From Sphingopyxis sp. (lineage in GTDB: Bacteria; Pseudomonadota; Alphaproteobacteria; Sphingomonadales; Sphingomonadaceae), in NCBI RefSeq assembly GCF_035998905.1, contig NZ_DASYHG010000009.1, positions 1-64,000 on the forward strand: a stretch of DNA of 64,000 nt. Direction: 5' to 3'. Positions 47,800-57,733 of this stretch are shown here, in pieces (the first letter of the stretch is position 1; each line of letters opens with the position of its first letter). A model generated the notes under the pieces. It was not told where the DNA came from, made no database searches, and saw only the letters and a list, made by a program, of their open reading frames with translations. A program made the position numbers and the translations under genes.

Positions 47800-49251
47800 A
47801 TGCGGATGCGCGCCTTTCTCATCGGCTCCCTGCTGCTGAGCGGATGCGGCGGCGGCGATGGCAACGGCGGCGGGGGCACGCCGCCCGCGGCCAACACCCC
47901 TCCGGTCTTCACCTCACTCCAGACCGCGAGCATCGCTGAAAATACGGCCGCCGCCTATCAGGCGACGGCCACCGATCCCGACGGCGACCCGCTGACCTTT
48001 GCCATCGACGGCGGCGCCGATGCGGCGTTGTTTTCGATCACGACGACGGGTGCGCTGCGCTTCAACACCGCGCCCGACTATGACGCGCCCGGCGATGCGA
48101 ATGGCGACAATGTCTATGCCGTCCAGTTGCGGGTGACCGACGGAAAGGCCGTCGCAACGCAGGCGGTCAACATCACCGTCACCGACACCCGCGACGGCAT
48201 ATCGGTCGTGCGCGTCGGCACCGGTTTCGACCAGCCGCTCTACGTCGCACCGATTCCTGGCGACAGCCGCGTCTATGTCGTCGAAAAGGGCGGCAAGGTG
48301 TACCGCTTCGACCCCGCGAGCGGCAGCCGGACGCTCGTGCTCAACATCACCGACATTTCGACCGTCGGCGAAAGCGGCTTGCTCGGGCTGGCGGCGTACC
48401 CCGATCATGCCACGTCGCAGCGGCTGTTCGTGCTCGCGTCGGGGTCTGATGGCAGGACGCAGGTGCGCCGCTACACGCTCGGCCGGCCCGATTCGTCGAC
48501 GGTCTATGACACGGTCATGACCATCAGCCGTCCGACCAGCATTCATTGTGGCGGCTGGATCGGCTTCGGTCCCGATGGCATGGTTTATGTCACCACCGGC
48601 GACGGCGGCGACCCGACCGACGCGCGGCAAACACTGTCTCGAAGCGGCAAGATATTGCGCTTCTCGGTGGATGCGAGCGGCAGCGTCTACACCCCGGCCG
48701 GCGGCAACTCCTTCAGATTCTTTGACCCTTATGTTTATGCGTTCGGCCTTCGCAATCCCTTCCGTGCCTCTTTCCACGAGAACACCTTGCTCATCGGCGA
48801 CGTCGGCCAGGATGCAGTCGAGGAAATCGACATGATCACGACGACGCGGCCCGGCAAATATTTCGGCTGGCCCGACCAGGAGGGAACGCAGCTTTACCGG
48901 TCGAGCGGACCGGTCGAAGAAAGCTTCAATCCCGTTGCCGAATATCGGCATGGCAGCGGCCCGCGGCAGGGCAATTCAATCACCGGCGGTTATGTCTATC
49001 GCGGCCCGGTGACGGCTTTGCGGGGTCATTATGTCTTCGCCGACTTCATATCGAACAACATCTGGTCGGTGCCTTTCGCCAGCCTCGCCGACGGCAAGAC
49101 GCTCGATTCCTCGCGCTTCGCGCTTCGGAACGAGGATTTCACGCCCGATGCCGGGACGCTCCGTTCGATCGCCTCGTTCGGCGAGGACAGCGTGGGCAAC
49201 CTCTTCCTCGTCAGCCTCGCCGGCGACATCTTCATGGTGCGCCCCGGCTGA
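47800..49251 (+). CDS. lipoprotein with an N-terminal cadherin-like domain and a PQQ-dependent sugar (glucose/sorbosone) dehydrogenase-like beta-propeller
   Basis: MRMRAFLIGSLLLSGCGGG lipobox after an AAGGGG RBS. The PVFTSLQTASIAENT...DPDGDPLTFAI region reads as a cadherin-like repeat. The C-terminal two-thirds resemble the GSDH/sorbosone-DH propeller. Confidence 0.65.
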   Translation: MRMRAFLIGSLLLSGCGGGDGNGGGGTPPAANTPPVFTSLQTASIAENTAAAYQATATDPDGDPLTFAIDGGADAALFSITTTGALRFNTAPDYDAPGDANGDNVYAVQLRVTDGKAVATQAVNITVTDTRDGISVVRVGTGFDQPLYVAPIPGDSRVYVVEKGGKVYRFDPASGSRTLVLNITDISTVGESGLLGLAAYPDHATSQRLFVLASGSDGRTQVRRYTLGRPDSSTVYDTVMTISRPTSIHCGGWIGFGPDGMVYVTTGDGGDPTDARQTLSRSGKILRFSVDASGSVYTPAGGNSFRFFDPYVYAFGLRNPFRASFHENTLLIGDVGQDAVEEIDMITTTRPGKYFGWPDQEGTQLYRSSGPVEESFNPVAEYRHGSGPRQGNSITGGYVYRGPVTALRGHYVFADFISNNIWSVPFASLADGKTLDSSRFALRNEDFTPDAGTLRSIASFGEDSVGNLFLVSLAGDIFMVRPG

Positions 49252-49308
49252 CTGCTTGCAGCGCGACAAACGAGACGCCACAAGGGCGATGTCCAGAGGA
49301 GTCTCCCC

Positions 49309-50619
49309 ATGAAATCACTGCCTTTTGTCGCCCTCGTCGCCCTTCATCTCGCGCTCGCGCCCGCCGCGGCGGCCAAGCTGTCCAAAGCCGAAAGCGGCAT
49401 GGCGAAGACGGTCACGGCCGAACAGGCGCGCAGCCTCGCGCTGCTCGAAAAGCTCGTCAACCAGAACAGCGGATCGCAGAATCTGGAAGGCGTCGAAAAG
49501 GTCGGGGCGATGATGCGCGCCGAACTCGAACCGCTTGGCTTCAAGGTCGAATGGAAAGATATGCGCGACACCGGCCGCGCTGGCCACCTGATCGCAACGC
49601 ACACGGGCAAGCCCGATGGCAAGCGCCTGCTCCTCATCGCGCATCTCGACACGGTGTTCGAACCCGACTCCCCGTTCCAGACATTCGTCCGGAAGGGCGA
49701 TATGGGCGAAGGCCCCGGCGCGGGGGACGACAAGGGCGGCATGGTTGTCATCGTCGCGGCGCTGCGCGCTATGAAGGCGGCGGGCACGCTGAAAGACGCC
49801 AATATCGAAATCCACATGACCGGCGACGAGGAAGATTCGGGCACGCCGATCGAGAAAGCGCGCGCCGACCTGATCGCCGCGGGCAAGCGCAGCGACGTCG
49901 CGCTCGATTTCGAGGGGCTGGTTCGCGATAACGGCGCCGACATGGGTTCGGTCGCGCGGCGCTCGTCGGACAGCTGGACCGTGACCGCGACGGGCAAGAG
50001 CGCACACAGCTCGGGCATTTTCAGCGCCGCGGCGGGCGACGGCGCGATCTATGAACTGACGCGCATCATCCACCGCTTCCGCACCGAACTGCCCGAACCC
50101 AACCTGACCTTCAACGTCGGGCTGATCGCGGGCGGGCAACAGGCCGAGCTCGACGCCGGCGGCATCCGCGCCACGGTAAACGGCAAGACCAACATCATCG
50201 CCCCGATCGCGATCGCGCGCGGCGACCTCCGCGCGCTGTCGCCCGAACAGATCGAGCGGGTGAAGGCGAAGATGGCGGCGATCGTCGCCGCGCACGCCCC
50301 CGGAACCGACGCGAAGATCGCCTTCGACCCCGGCGGCTATCCGTCGATGGCGCCGACCGACGGCAACCGCGCGCTGCTCGCGAAGCTCAACGGCGTGAAC
50401 CGCGACCTCGGGCTCGCCGAAATGGCACCGCTCGATCCGCTGAAGCGCGGCGCCGGCGACATCAGCTTCGTCGCCGCCGACGTCGACGGACTCGCGGGAC
50501 TCGGGCCGTACAGCACCGGCGACCACGCACCGGGCGAAGCCGTCGACATCCCGAGCATTTCGCGTCAGGCGACGCGCGCCGCCATATTGATGTCACGCCT
50601 GGCTGCTGAAAAGCGCTGA
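49309..50619 (+). CDS. secreted M20 family peptidase (glutamate carboxypeptidase-like)
   Basis: Has a signal peptide and M20 motifs (IAHLDTVF...GAGDDKGG...HMTGDEEDSG). Confidence 0.8.
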   Translation: MKSLPFVALVALHLALAPAAAAKLSKAESGMAKTVTAEQARSLALLEKLVNQNSGSQNLEGVEKVGAMMRAELEPLGFKVEWKDMRDTGRAGHLIATHTGKPDGKRLLLIAHLDTVFEPDSPFQTFVRKGDMGEGPGAGDDKGGMVVIVAALRAMKAAGTLKDANIEIHMTGDEEDSGTPIEKARADLIAAGKRSDVALDFEGLVRDNGADMGSVARRSSDSWTVTATGKSAHSSGIFSAAAGDGAIYELTRIIHRFRTELPEPNLTFNVGLIAGGQQAELDAGGIRATVNGKTNIIAPIAIARGDLRALSPEQIERVKAKMAAIVAAHAPGTDAKIAFDPGGYPSMAPTDGNRALLAKLNGVNRDLGLAEMAPLDPLKRGAGDISFVAADVDGLAGLGPYSTGDHAPGEAVDIPSISRQATRAAILMSRLAAEKR

Positions 50620-50711
50620 CCCGCCAGTTTTCACAGTTGGCCGCGCTTGATTCATCAGGCACAGTGATTAGGTAGCAATCCGAGACGGAATTGACCGCCG
50701 ATGGGAGAAGA

Positions 50712-52148
50712 ATGATGAGCACCGAAACGCACCTCAAGCAGAATTACATCGGCGGCCGCTGGGTCGACAGCAAGGGCGGCAAGCTCCACGACGTGATCAA
50801 CCCCGCGACCGAAGAAGCCGCATCGACCGTCGTGCTCGGCACCGCAGCCGACGTCGACGATGCCGTCGCGGCGGCGAAGGAAGCCTTCAAGACCTTCTCG
50901 CAAACCACGCGCGAAGAACGCCTCGACCTGCTCAATCGCATCGTCGAGGAATATAAGAAGCGCGCGCCCGACCTCGCCAAGTCGATGGCGAGCGAAATGG
51001 GCGCCCCCGTCAGCTTCGCGGGCACCGCGCAGGTCGGCGCCGGGATCGGCGGCTTCCTCGGCACCATCGCCGCGCTCAAGGATTTCAGCTTCACCGAAAA
51101 ATATGCCGCGGGCCTGATCGCCTATGAACCGATCGGCGTCGTCGGCATGATCACGCCGTGGAACTGGCCGCTCAACCAGATCGCACTCAAGGTCGCCCCC
51201 GCGCTCGCCGCGGGCAACACGATGGTGTTGAAGCCCTCCGAAGAATGCCCCGGCAACGCCGTGATCTTCGCCGAAATCCTCGAGGCCGCGGGCGTGCCCG
51301 CCGGCGTGTTCAACCTCGTGCAGGGCGACGGCCCGACCGTCGGCAACGCGATCAGCGCGCATCCCGGCATCGAAATGGTGAGCTTCACCGGCTCGACCCG
51401 CGCCGGCATCCTCGTCGCCAAGGCGGCAGCCGACACCGTGAAGCGCGTCCATCAGGAACTCGGCGGCAAGTCGCCGAACATCGTGCTGCCCGACGCCGAT
51501 TTCGCCGCGGTGCTGCCCCCGACGGTGCAGGGCGTGCTCGTCAACACCGGGCAGAGCTGCATCGCGCCGACGCGCATCCTCGTCCAGAAGGACCGCGAGG
51601 CCGAGGCGGTCGGCGTCATCAAGGCGATGTTCGACGGCACGTCGGTCGGCGACCCGCAGGCCGAGGGCGGCCATATCGGCCCCGTCGTCAACAAGGCGCA
51701 GTTCGACAAGATCCAAGGCCTGATCCAGTCGGCGATCGACGAGGGCGCGACGCTTGAGACCGGTGGCACCGGCCTGCCCTCGAACGTCAACCGCGGCTAT
51801 TACATCAAACCGACGGTCTTCTCGGGCGTTACGCGCGACATGCGCATCGCGAACGAGGAAATCTTCGGCCCCGTCGCAACGATCATGGCCTATGGCGACC
51901 TCGACGAAGCCGTCGATATCGCGAACGACACCGAATATGGCCTGTCGGCGGTCGTTTCGGGCGACCCCGCCAAGGCAGCCGAAATCGCACCGAAGCTGCG
52001 CGCCGGCATGGTCGCGGTCAACGCATGGGGCCCCGGCCCCGGCGCGGCGTTCGGCGGCTACAAGGCGTCGGGCAACGGCCGCGAAGGCGGCGTGTTCGGG
52101 CTCAAGGATTTCATGGAAGTGAAGTCGATCAGCGGCATTCCCGCCTGA
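50712..52148 (+). CDS. NAD(P)-dependent aldehyde dehydrogenase
   Basis: Starts MMSTETHLKQNYIGGRWVDS. Carries the catalytic Cys region (NTGQSCIAPTR), the Glu motif (ELGGKSP) and the GxxxxG NAD site. Confidence 0.85.
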   Translation: MMSTETHLKQNYIGGRWVDSKGGKLHDVINPATEEAASTVVLGTAADVDDAVAAAKEAFKTFSQTTREERLDLLNRIVEEYKKRAPDLAKSMASEMGAPVSFAGTAQVGAGIGGFLGTIAALKDFSFTEKYAAGLIAYEPIGVVGMITPWNWPLNQIALKVAPALAAGNTMVLKPSEECPGNAVIFAEILEAAGVPAGVFNLVQGDGPTVGNAISAHPGIEMVSFTGSTRAGILVAKAAADTVKRVHQELGGKSPNIVLPDADFAAVLPPTVQGVLVNTGQSCIAPTRILVQKDREAEAVGVIKAMFDGTSVGDPQAEGGHIGPVVNKAQFDKIQGLIQSAIDEGATLETGGTGLPSNVNRGYYIKPTVFSGVTRDMRIANEEIFGPVATIMAYGDLDEAVDIANDTEYGLSAVVSGDPAKAAEIAPKLRAGMVAVNAWGPGPGAAFGGYKASGNGREGGVFGLKDFMEVKSISGIPA

Positions 52149-52199
52149 TCGCATCCAAAGCCTGATTGACGTCGGGGGCGTAGCGGTTAAGCGGGCGGC

Positions 52200-53426
52200 A
52201 TGACCACCCGCTCACCGCTCGCCCCCGACTCATTTCCGGCCCTCCCCGACATCGCCGGGGTGACGCGCCGCGTCGCGCGCGCGCAGTACAAGACCTGGGA
52301 CCGCTGCGACCTCACCTATGTCGAACTCGCGCCCGGCACGACCGTCGCCGGCGTCTTCACGCGCAATGTCTGCTGCTCGTCCGAAGTCGAACTCGGCCGC
52401 GAACAGGTAAAGGGCGGCAAGGGCCGCGCGCTGATCGTCAACGCGGGCAACAGCAACGCCTTCACCGGCTACCGCGGGCGCGAGGCGGTCGAGCAGATCA
52501 TGGCGCAGGTCGCCGGCCACCTCGGCTGCGAACAAGGCGAAGTCTTCGTCAGCTCGACCGGCGTCATCGGTGTGCCGCTGCCCAAGGACAAGGCGCGCGC
52601 CGGGGTCGCGGCCGCGCTCACCGCCGAACCCTGCTCGTGGGAGGCGGCCGCCGAAACGATCGGCACCACCGACACCTTCGCCAAGGGTTCCGCCGCCAGC
52701 GCGGTGGTCGGCGGCACCACCGTCCATGTCGCGGGCATCGTCAAGGGATCGGGGATGATCGCCCCCGACATGGCAACGATGCTCGGCTATATCTTCACCG
52801 ACGCCGCAGTCGCGCCCGCGCTGTTGCAGGACATGCTGAGCGAGGCGACCGGTGGAACGTTCAACAGCATCACCGTCGACAGCGACACCTCGACCAGCGA
52901 CACCGTATTGCTTTTCGCGACCGGACAGGCGGGCCACGCCACGCTCACCACCCGCGACGATCCGGGCGCCGATGCGCTTTATGCGGCGATCCGAGAAGTC
53001 GCCCTCGACCTCGCGCAGCAGGTCGTCCGCGACGGCGAAGGCGCGTCGAAATTCATCGAAATCCAGGTCACCGGCGCGACCAGCGACGCCAGCGCGAAGC
53101 GCGTCGCGCTCGCGATCGCCAACTCGCCGCTCGTGAAAACCGCGATAGCGGGCGAGGATGCCAACTGGGGCCGCGTCGTGATGGCGGTGGGCAAGGCAGG
53201 CGAACCCGCCGACCGCGACCGCCTCGCGATCCGCTTCGGCGACCATTGGGTGGCGAAGGACGGCCTGCCCGTCGACGGTTATGACGAGGCGCCCGTCGCG
53301 GCGCACCTCATTGGGCAGGACATCCGCGTCGGCGCCGACCTCGGCCTCGGCGAAGGCCGCGCGACCGTCTGGACCTGCGACCTCACCCACGGCTACATCA
53401 GCATCAACGCCGATTACCGGAGCTAG
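52200..53426 (+). CDS. argJ: bifunctional glutamate N-acetyltransferase / amino-acid acetyltransferase ArgJ
   Basis: 408 aa with the autoproteolytic ATML|GYI site (MATMLGYIFTDA) and overall ArgJ homology. Confidence 0.9.
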   Translation: MTTRSPLAPDSFPALPDIAGVTRRVARAQYKTWDRCDLTYVELAPGTTVAGVFTRNVCCSSEVELGREQVKGGKGRALIVNAGNSNAFTGYRGREAVEQIMAQVAGHLGCEQGEVFVSSTGVIGVPLPKDKARAGVAAALTAEPCSWEAAAETIGTTDTFAKGSAASAVVGGTTVHVAGIVKGSGMIAPDMATMLGYIFTDAAVAPALLQDMLSEATGGTFNSITVDSDTSTSDTVLLFATGQAGHATLTTRDDPGADALYAAIREVALDLAQQVVRDGEGASKFIEIQVTGATSDASAKRVALAIANSPLVKTAIAGEDANWGRVVMAVGKAGEPADRDRLAIRFGDHWVAKDGLPVDGYDEAPVAAHLIGQDIRVGADLGLGEGRATVWTCDLTHGYISINADYRS

Positions 53427-53902
53427 CGGCCAGCAGCCCCGAGACGCTCGACCGATACGACACGGTCGGCAAGGAACAGCCCGTCGCTAGCACCAAAATG
53501 TCCGAAGCCGCCGGGTGCCGCCGGATCGGCTTTGAGCGCATAGCGCCCCGTCACGCGTATCCGGTAGATCTGGCTTCCGCCCTCGCCGCGCTTGGGTGCA
53601 GGGGCGTCCCATCGCGTTTCATCGTCCGTCGAAAACCAGATACGACGTGAACGCACATCGCGCCGCACACGCTCCGCATCCTCCAAAGTCCGCCCTTGAG
53701 GGATCAGGCGCTGCCCTTCGAATTCGTCGACCCATAGACCGGACACGGTCGTCGAGGCACTGAAATCATGGCATTTCCGGTCACCGCGATAGATCATTAC
53801 GGGGTGACCGTTGGATATCGAACGGTCGAAACATCTGTCCGTGCCATCGCTTGCCGCGGCGAAAGCAAGCGGCAACCCAAGCGCGAAAGTCAGCGCAATC
53901 AC
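53423..53902 (-). CDS. hypothetical secreted protein downstream of trxA
   Basis: 159 aa with a signal peptide (MIALTFALGLPLAFAAA) and two Cys near the N-terminus. Starts 6 nt after the trxA stop. No family recognised. Confidence 0.45.
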   Translation of the reverse strand: MIALTFALGLPLAFAAASDGTDRCFDRSISNGHPVMIYRGDRKCHDFSASTTVSGLWVDEFEGQRLIPQGRTLEDAERVRRDVRSRRIWFSTDDETRWDAPAPKRGEGGSQIYRIRVTGRYALKADPAAPGGFGHFGASDGLFLADRVVSVERLGAAGR

Positions 53903-53908
53903 GACGCC

Positions 53909-54229
53909 TTACAGCGCGCCTTCGAGCCAGCCCTTGAGCGCGCTCTTCGGCGCCGCACCGACCTTGGTGTCGGCGATCTCGCCATTCTTGAACAGGATCA
54001 TCGTCGGAATACCGCGCACGCCATATTTGCTCGGCGCGTCGGGATGATCGTCGATGTTGAGCTTGGCGATGACGACCTTGCCCGCGAGTTCGTCCGAGAT
54101 TTCTTCGAGCGACGGGCCGATCATCTTGCACGGACCGCACCATTCGGCCCAGAAATCGACGAGCACCGGGGTGTCGCTGTCGAGCACGTCAGCCTGGAAG
54201 CTGGCGTCGGTAATGGCCTTGGTACCCAT
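53909..54229 (-). CDS. trxA: thioredoxin
   Basis: 106 aa with the WCGPC active site: [39 protein letters not shown]... Confidence 0.92.
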   Translation of the reverse strand: MGTKAITDASFQADVLDSDTPVLVDFWAEWCGPCKMIGPSLEEISDELAGKVVIAKLNIDDHPDAPSKYGVRGIPTMILFKNGEIADTKVGAAPKSALKGWLEGAL

Positions 54230-54262
54230 AGTCTGAACTCCTGAAACTCTGTTGATGCCAAG

Positions 54263-57200
54263 CTAAGGCGTCGGCGCGTCCGGCTCAAGAGCTGAACCCG
54301 GCAAATTCGCCTTGGTTGCCGCCAAGCCGGGCTTGTGCACGTCGAGTAGAGCATCCCCGAGCACAATCAACCGCGGTCCGGCACTATAGAGCAACGCCGC
54401 CTCGACCCGGCGGCCGGGAAAAATGACACGTAGCGCATCGCGATAGGCCGCCATCTGCCGCAGATAGGCGGGTGCCACCGCGGCGGCATTTTCGGGCACA
54501 TGGCGCCCGGTCTTGTAATCGACCACCGTCACCGCATCGTCGGTGACGAGCAACCGGTCGACGATCCCCGCGACGACCATCCCGTCGACCACCGCCGACA
54601 ATGGCACTTCCGCGAGGCTGCCGGGGCCAAAAAGAGCGGCGTGCGCCGGATCGTCGAGCACCGCGAGCACCTCGCCGACCATCGCTTCGCGCGCCGCCTC
54701 GTCGAGCACGGGCGCCTGCGCCGCGAGCCAGTGTAGCGCCGCGGCGCGCCGCCGCCCCGCCGCAACGGGCGGCAATCGCTCGAACAATGCATGGAGGAGC
54801 AGCCCGCGCTCGACCGCAGCGACGCGTGCAGTCCCCTGCGGCGGTACCGCGACATCATCCTCGCCGAGCGCCGAGGGTGCGAGCGGACGCGGCGGACGCG
54901 CTTCCTCGGGCGCAGGCCGCGTCGCCCATGCAGGCAGCACCAAAGCGGGCGCCGCGACTTTCACCGCTTTTTCCTTCTTCGCCCATTTCCCGATATTGGC
55001 ACGGTGGATGCGGCGCTGGCCCCACATCGGCCCTGCGTCCTCCCATTCGCTGCCCATGCCCGACAGCACATCGTCGACCGCCGCGTGCCAGCTCGCTTCG
55101 GGGATCGTCCGGTCGGCCTTCTTCGTCACGCCGGCAACGACGAGGATTTCCTCGGCGCGTGTCATCGCGACGTAGAAGAGCCGCCAATGCTCCTGTGCGG
55201 CCGCCAGTGCCGCCGCGCCATGCGCCTCCGCAAGCTTGCCGTGCCGTTCGTCGGCGGGCACCGCGAAGACGGGCAATTTCTCCCACCCCGCGACGTCGAC
55301 GCTGAATGGGCGGTGCCCGATCCCGGCATCGTCGGTCGCGTCGGCGAGGATCACGATCGGCGCCTGCAAGCCCTTCGACCCGTGCACCGTCATCACGCGC
55401 ACGACGTCACTGCGCGCCTCGGTCTGGCGCTTGATGTCGGCACCGCTGCTTTCGACCGCGGTCAGGAAACCGAGCAGCGACACCGTCTCGCGCTGTTCAA
55501 AGGCGAGCGCCTGATTGAGCAGTTCGTCGATCGGATCGCGCGCCTCGCGCCCCAACCGCGCGGTGAGCTTGCGCCGCCCGTCAATCGGCCCCGACAGGAT
55601 CGTTTCGAGAAATCGGAACGGCGTCGTAAAGTCTGCCATGCCGAGCAGATGACGAAGCGACGCCATCGTCGCCGCGGGAATATCGCCCTCGACCGCGCGC
55701 AGATGCTCCCACAATGCGGCGCGGCCGCGCTTGTGGGACCGAACATACAGCTCGTCCTGTGTCCAGCCGATCAGCGGCGAGACGAGCAAAGACGCGAGGT
55801 TGAGGTCGTCGAGCGGCTGCACTGCAAAGCGCATCGCCGCGATCAGGTCCTGCACCGCCAGCGGCTGCGTCAGCGCGAAGCGATCGACACCTGCGACCGG
55901 GACATGAAGCGCCTGCAACCGCGCGACGATCCGTGCCGCAAGGTCGCGGCGGCGGCGCACGAGGATCATGATATCGCCCGGCGCCACCGGCCGGCCGTCC
56001 TTGCCATGCGCGATCCAGTCCTGCACCTCGCCCGCGATCGCACGCGCAAGCCGCATCGAGGCGGGGTCCGACGCGGGGGCGCTCGCGTCGCCCCCGTCCT
56101 CGTCGCCGCCTTCCTCCGCCTCGGCGTCGAGCGCCTTGCCCACTGGCAGCGGCTGCCACAGTTCGACCTGCCCCGCGTGTGCCTCGCGATACGGTCGGTG
56201 CGGCGGTTCCTCGCCGTCGAGTCCCATCGCCCCGGCGCCCCCGGCGGCAAGCCAGGCGTCGACCACCGCCAGCACCGCGGGGGTCGAACGATAGTTGGAA
56301 ACCAGATCGACCTGCCGGAACGGCTGTCCGCCGATCTCGCCCATCGCATGGAACATGTCACGCGCGGTCGCGAACGCCTTGGGTTCGGTCCCCTGGAAAC
56401 CGAAGATCGCCTGCTTGCGGTCGCCGACGGTGAAGAGCGTGCGGATGCGCTCCTCCTTCGCGCCGGCCCCGGCGAAAAACTCCTCGGCCATCGACAGGAC
56501 GATACCCCACTGGCGCATGTTCGTGTCCTGCGCCTCGTCGACGAGGATATGGTCGGTGCGCTGGTCGAGCTTGAAGCGCACCCATTCGCCAAAGCTGCTG
56601 ACGCGCAGCAGCGAGCCCGCGAGCGTGATCAGGTCGTCGAAATCGGCAAGGCCCCGTTCGCGTTTCGCCAGCGCATAGCCCTCGGCAAAGCGGCCGCCGA
56701 GCTTCCACGCCGCCGCGAGTTCGTCGGCGACGCGCATCGCCGCCGCGGTCGCGAGCAGGTGCCGCGCGGCATCGACGATACGAACGGCGCTGTCGAGGCA
56801 GCCGGTCATCTTGCCCTTGTCGCCCGCGAAATCGGCGCGCAGCTCGCCCTTGCCCGTCAGGAAGCAACCAACGAGCTCGCCAAGCATCGCCGCGCGCGCG
56901 GCTGCATTGGCGATCAGCCAGCCAACCATGACGTCCGAGCAGGCAAGCCCGGTCTTCGTCCCCCAGTCGGCACCGCTCGTCGCGACCGCGCGGATATCGG
57001 CCTCGGCGATCGCTCCCGCGGCTATTTCCTCCGCGACCCACGCATCGGGATCGCCGCCGGGCAGGTCGAACGCCGCGCGCAAATCATGCGCCGAAGGCGG
57101 CAGCGCCGCGCGCGGCCCGCCGAACGCGGCGGCGCAGCTCGACAGGAAGGACAGCGCCGCATCCTGTCCCAGCCGCCGCGACAGCATCGCCGCCGCCTGG

Positions 57201-57733
57201 CGCAGCACCGCACCCTCGTCACCCTCTTCGAGCAGCTCGCCCAGCACCTGCCGCTGTAGCGCCGCTGCCTCATCCTCCTCGATCGCGCGAAAGCCCGGGA
57301 GCAGCTTCGCCTCGAGCGGAAAGCTCGCGAGCAACGTCTGGCAGAAGCTGTGGATCGTCTGCACCCGGATCGCGCCGCCCGGACTGTCGATCACCGTCGC
57401 GAACAGCGACCGCGCGCGCACCATCAACCCCGGCCGGTCCCATGCCAGCCCCAGCGCGCGCAGGTCGAGCCTGAGGTCGCCGTCGTCCATCCGCACCCAC
57501 GCCGCGAGCCGCTCGTGGATGCGGTGCGCCATCTCGGCGGCGCCGGCTTTGGTGAAGGTGATGCAAAGGATCGCTTCGGGCGATACCCCGTCGAGCATCA
57601 GCCGCAACACACGCGCCGACAGCACCTGCGTCTTTCCCGTCCCCGCCGAAGCGCCGAGCCACACATGGCTTTCGGGGTCGGCGGCGGCGCCCTGCCGCGC
57701 GTCGAGTTCTGCGAGGCGCGACGCCTTGGTCAT
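54263..57733 (-). CDS. addA: double-strand break repair helicase AddA (UvrD-like helicase plus RecB-like nuclease)
   Basis: Starts MTKASRLAELDARQ.... Walker A GASAGTGKTQVL, UvrD helicase motifs and a C-terminal PD-(D/E)XK nuclease region (VVDYKTG). The ORF-track call includes 81 extra upstream codons. Confidence 0.85.
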   Translation of the reverse strand: MTKASRLAELDARQGAAADPESHVWLGASAGTGKTQVLSARVLRLMLDGVSPEAILCITFTKAGAAEMAHRIHERLAAWVRMDDGDLRLDLRALGLAWDRPGLMVRARSLFATVIDSPGGAIRVQTIHSFCQTLLASFPLEAKLLPGFRAIEEDEAAALQRQVLGELLEEGDEGAVLRQAAAMLSRRLGQDAALSFLSSCAAAFGGPRAALPPSAHDLRAAFDLPGGDPDAWVAEEIAAGAIAEADIRAVATSGADWGTKTGLACSDVMVGWLIANAAARAAMLGELVGCFLTGKGELRADFAGDKGKMTGCLDSAVRIVDAARHLLATAAAMRVADELAAAWKLGGRFAEGYALAKRERGLADFDDLITLAGSLLRVSSFGEWVRFKLDQRTDHILVDEAQDTNMRQWGIVLSMAEEFFAGAGAKEERIRTLFTVGDRKQAIFGFQGTEPKAFATARDMFHAMGEIGGQPFRQVDLVSNYRSTPAVLAVVDAWLAAGGAGAMGLDGEEPPHRPYREAHAGQVELWQPLPVGKALDAEAEEGGDEDGGDASAPASDPASMRLARAIAGEVQDWIAHGKDGRPVAPGDIMILVRRRRDLAARIVARLQALHVPVAGVDRFALTQPLAVQDLIAAMRFAVQPLDDLNLASLLVSPLIGWTQDELYVRSHKRGRAALWEHLRAVEGDIPAATMASLRHLLGMADFTTPFRFLETILSGPIDGRRKLTARLGREARDPIDELLNQALAFEQRETVSLLGFLTAVESSGADIKRQTEARSDVVRVMTVHGSKGLQAPIVILADATDDAGIGHRPFSVDVAGWEKLPVFAVPADERHGKLAEAHGAAALAAAQEHWRLFYVAMTRAEEILVVAGVTKKADRTIPEASWHAAVDDVLSGMGSEWEDAGPMWGQRRIHRANIGKWAKKEKAVKVAAPALVLPAWATRPAPEEARPPRPLAPSALGEDDVAVPPQGTARVAAVERGLLLHALFERLPPVAAGRRRAAALHWLAAQAPVLDEAAREAMVGEVLAVLDDPAHAALFGPGSLAEVPLSAVVDGMVVAGIVDRLLVTDDAVTVVDYKTGRHVPENAAAVAPAYLRQMAAYRDALRVIFPGRRVEAALLYSAGPRLIVLGDALLDVHKPGLAATKANLPGSALEPDAPTP

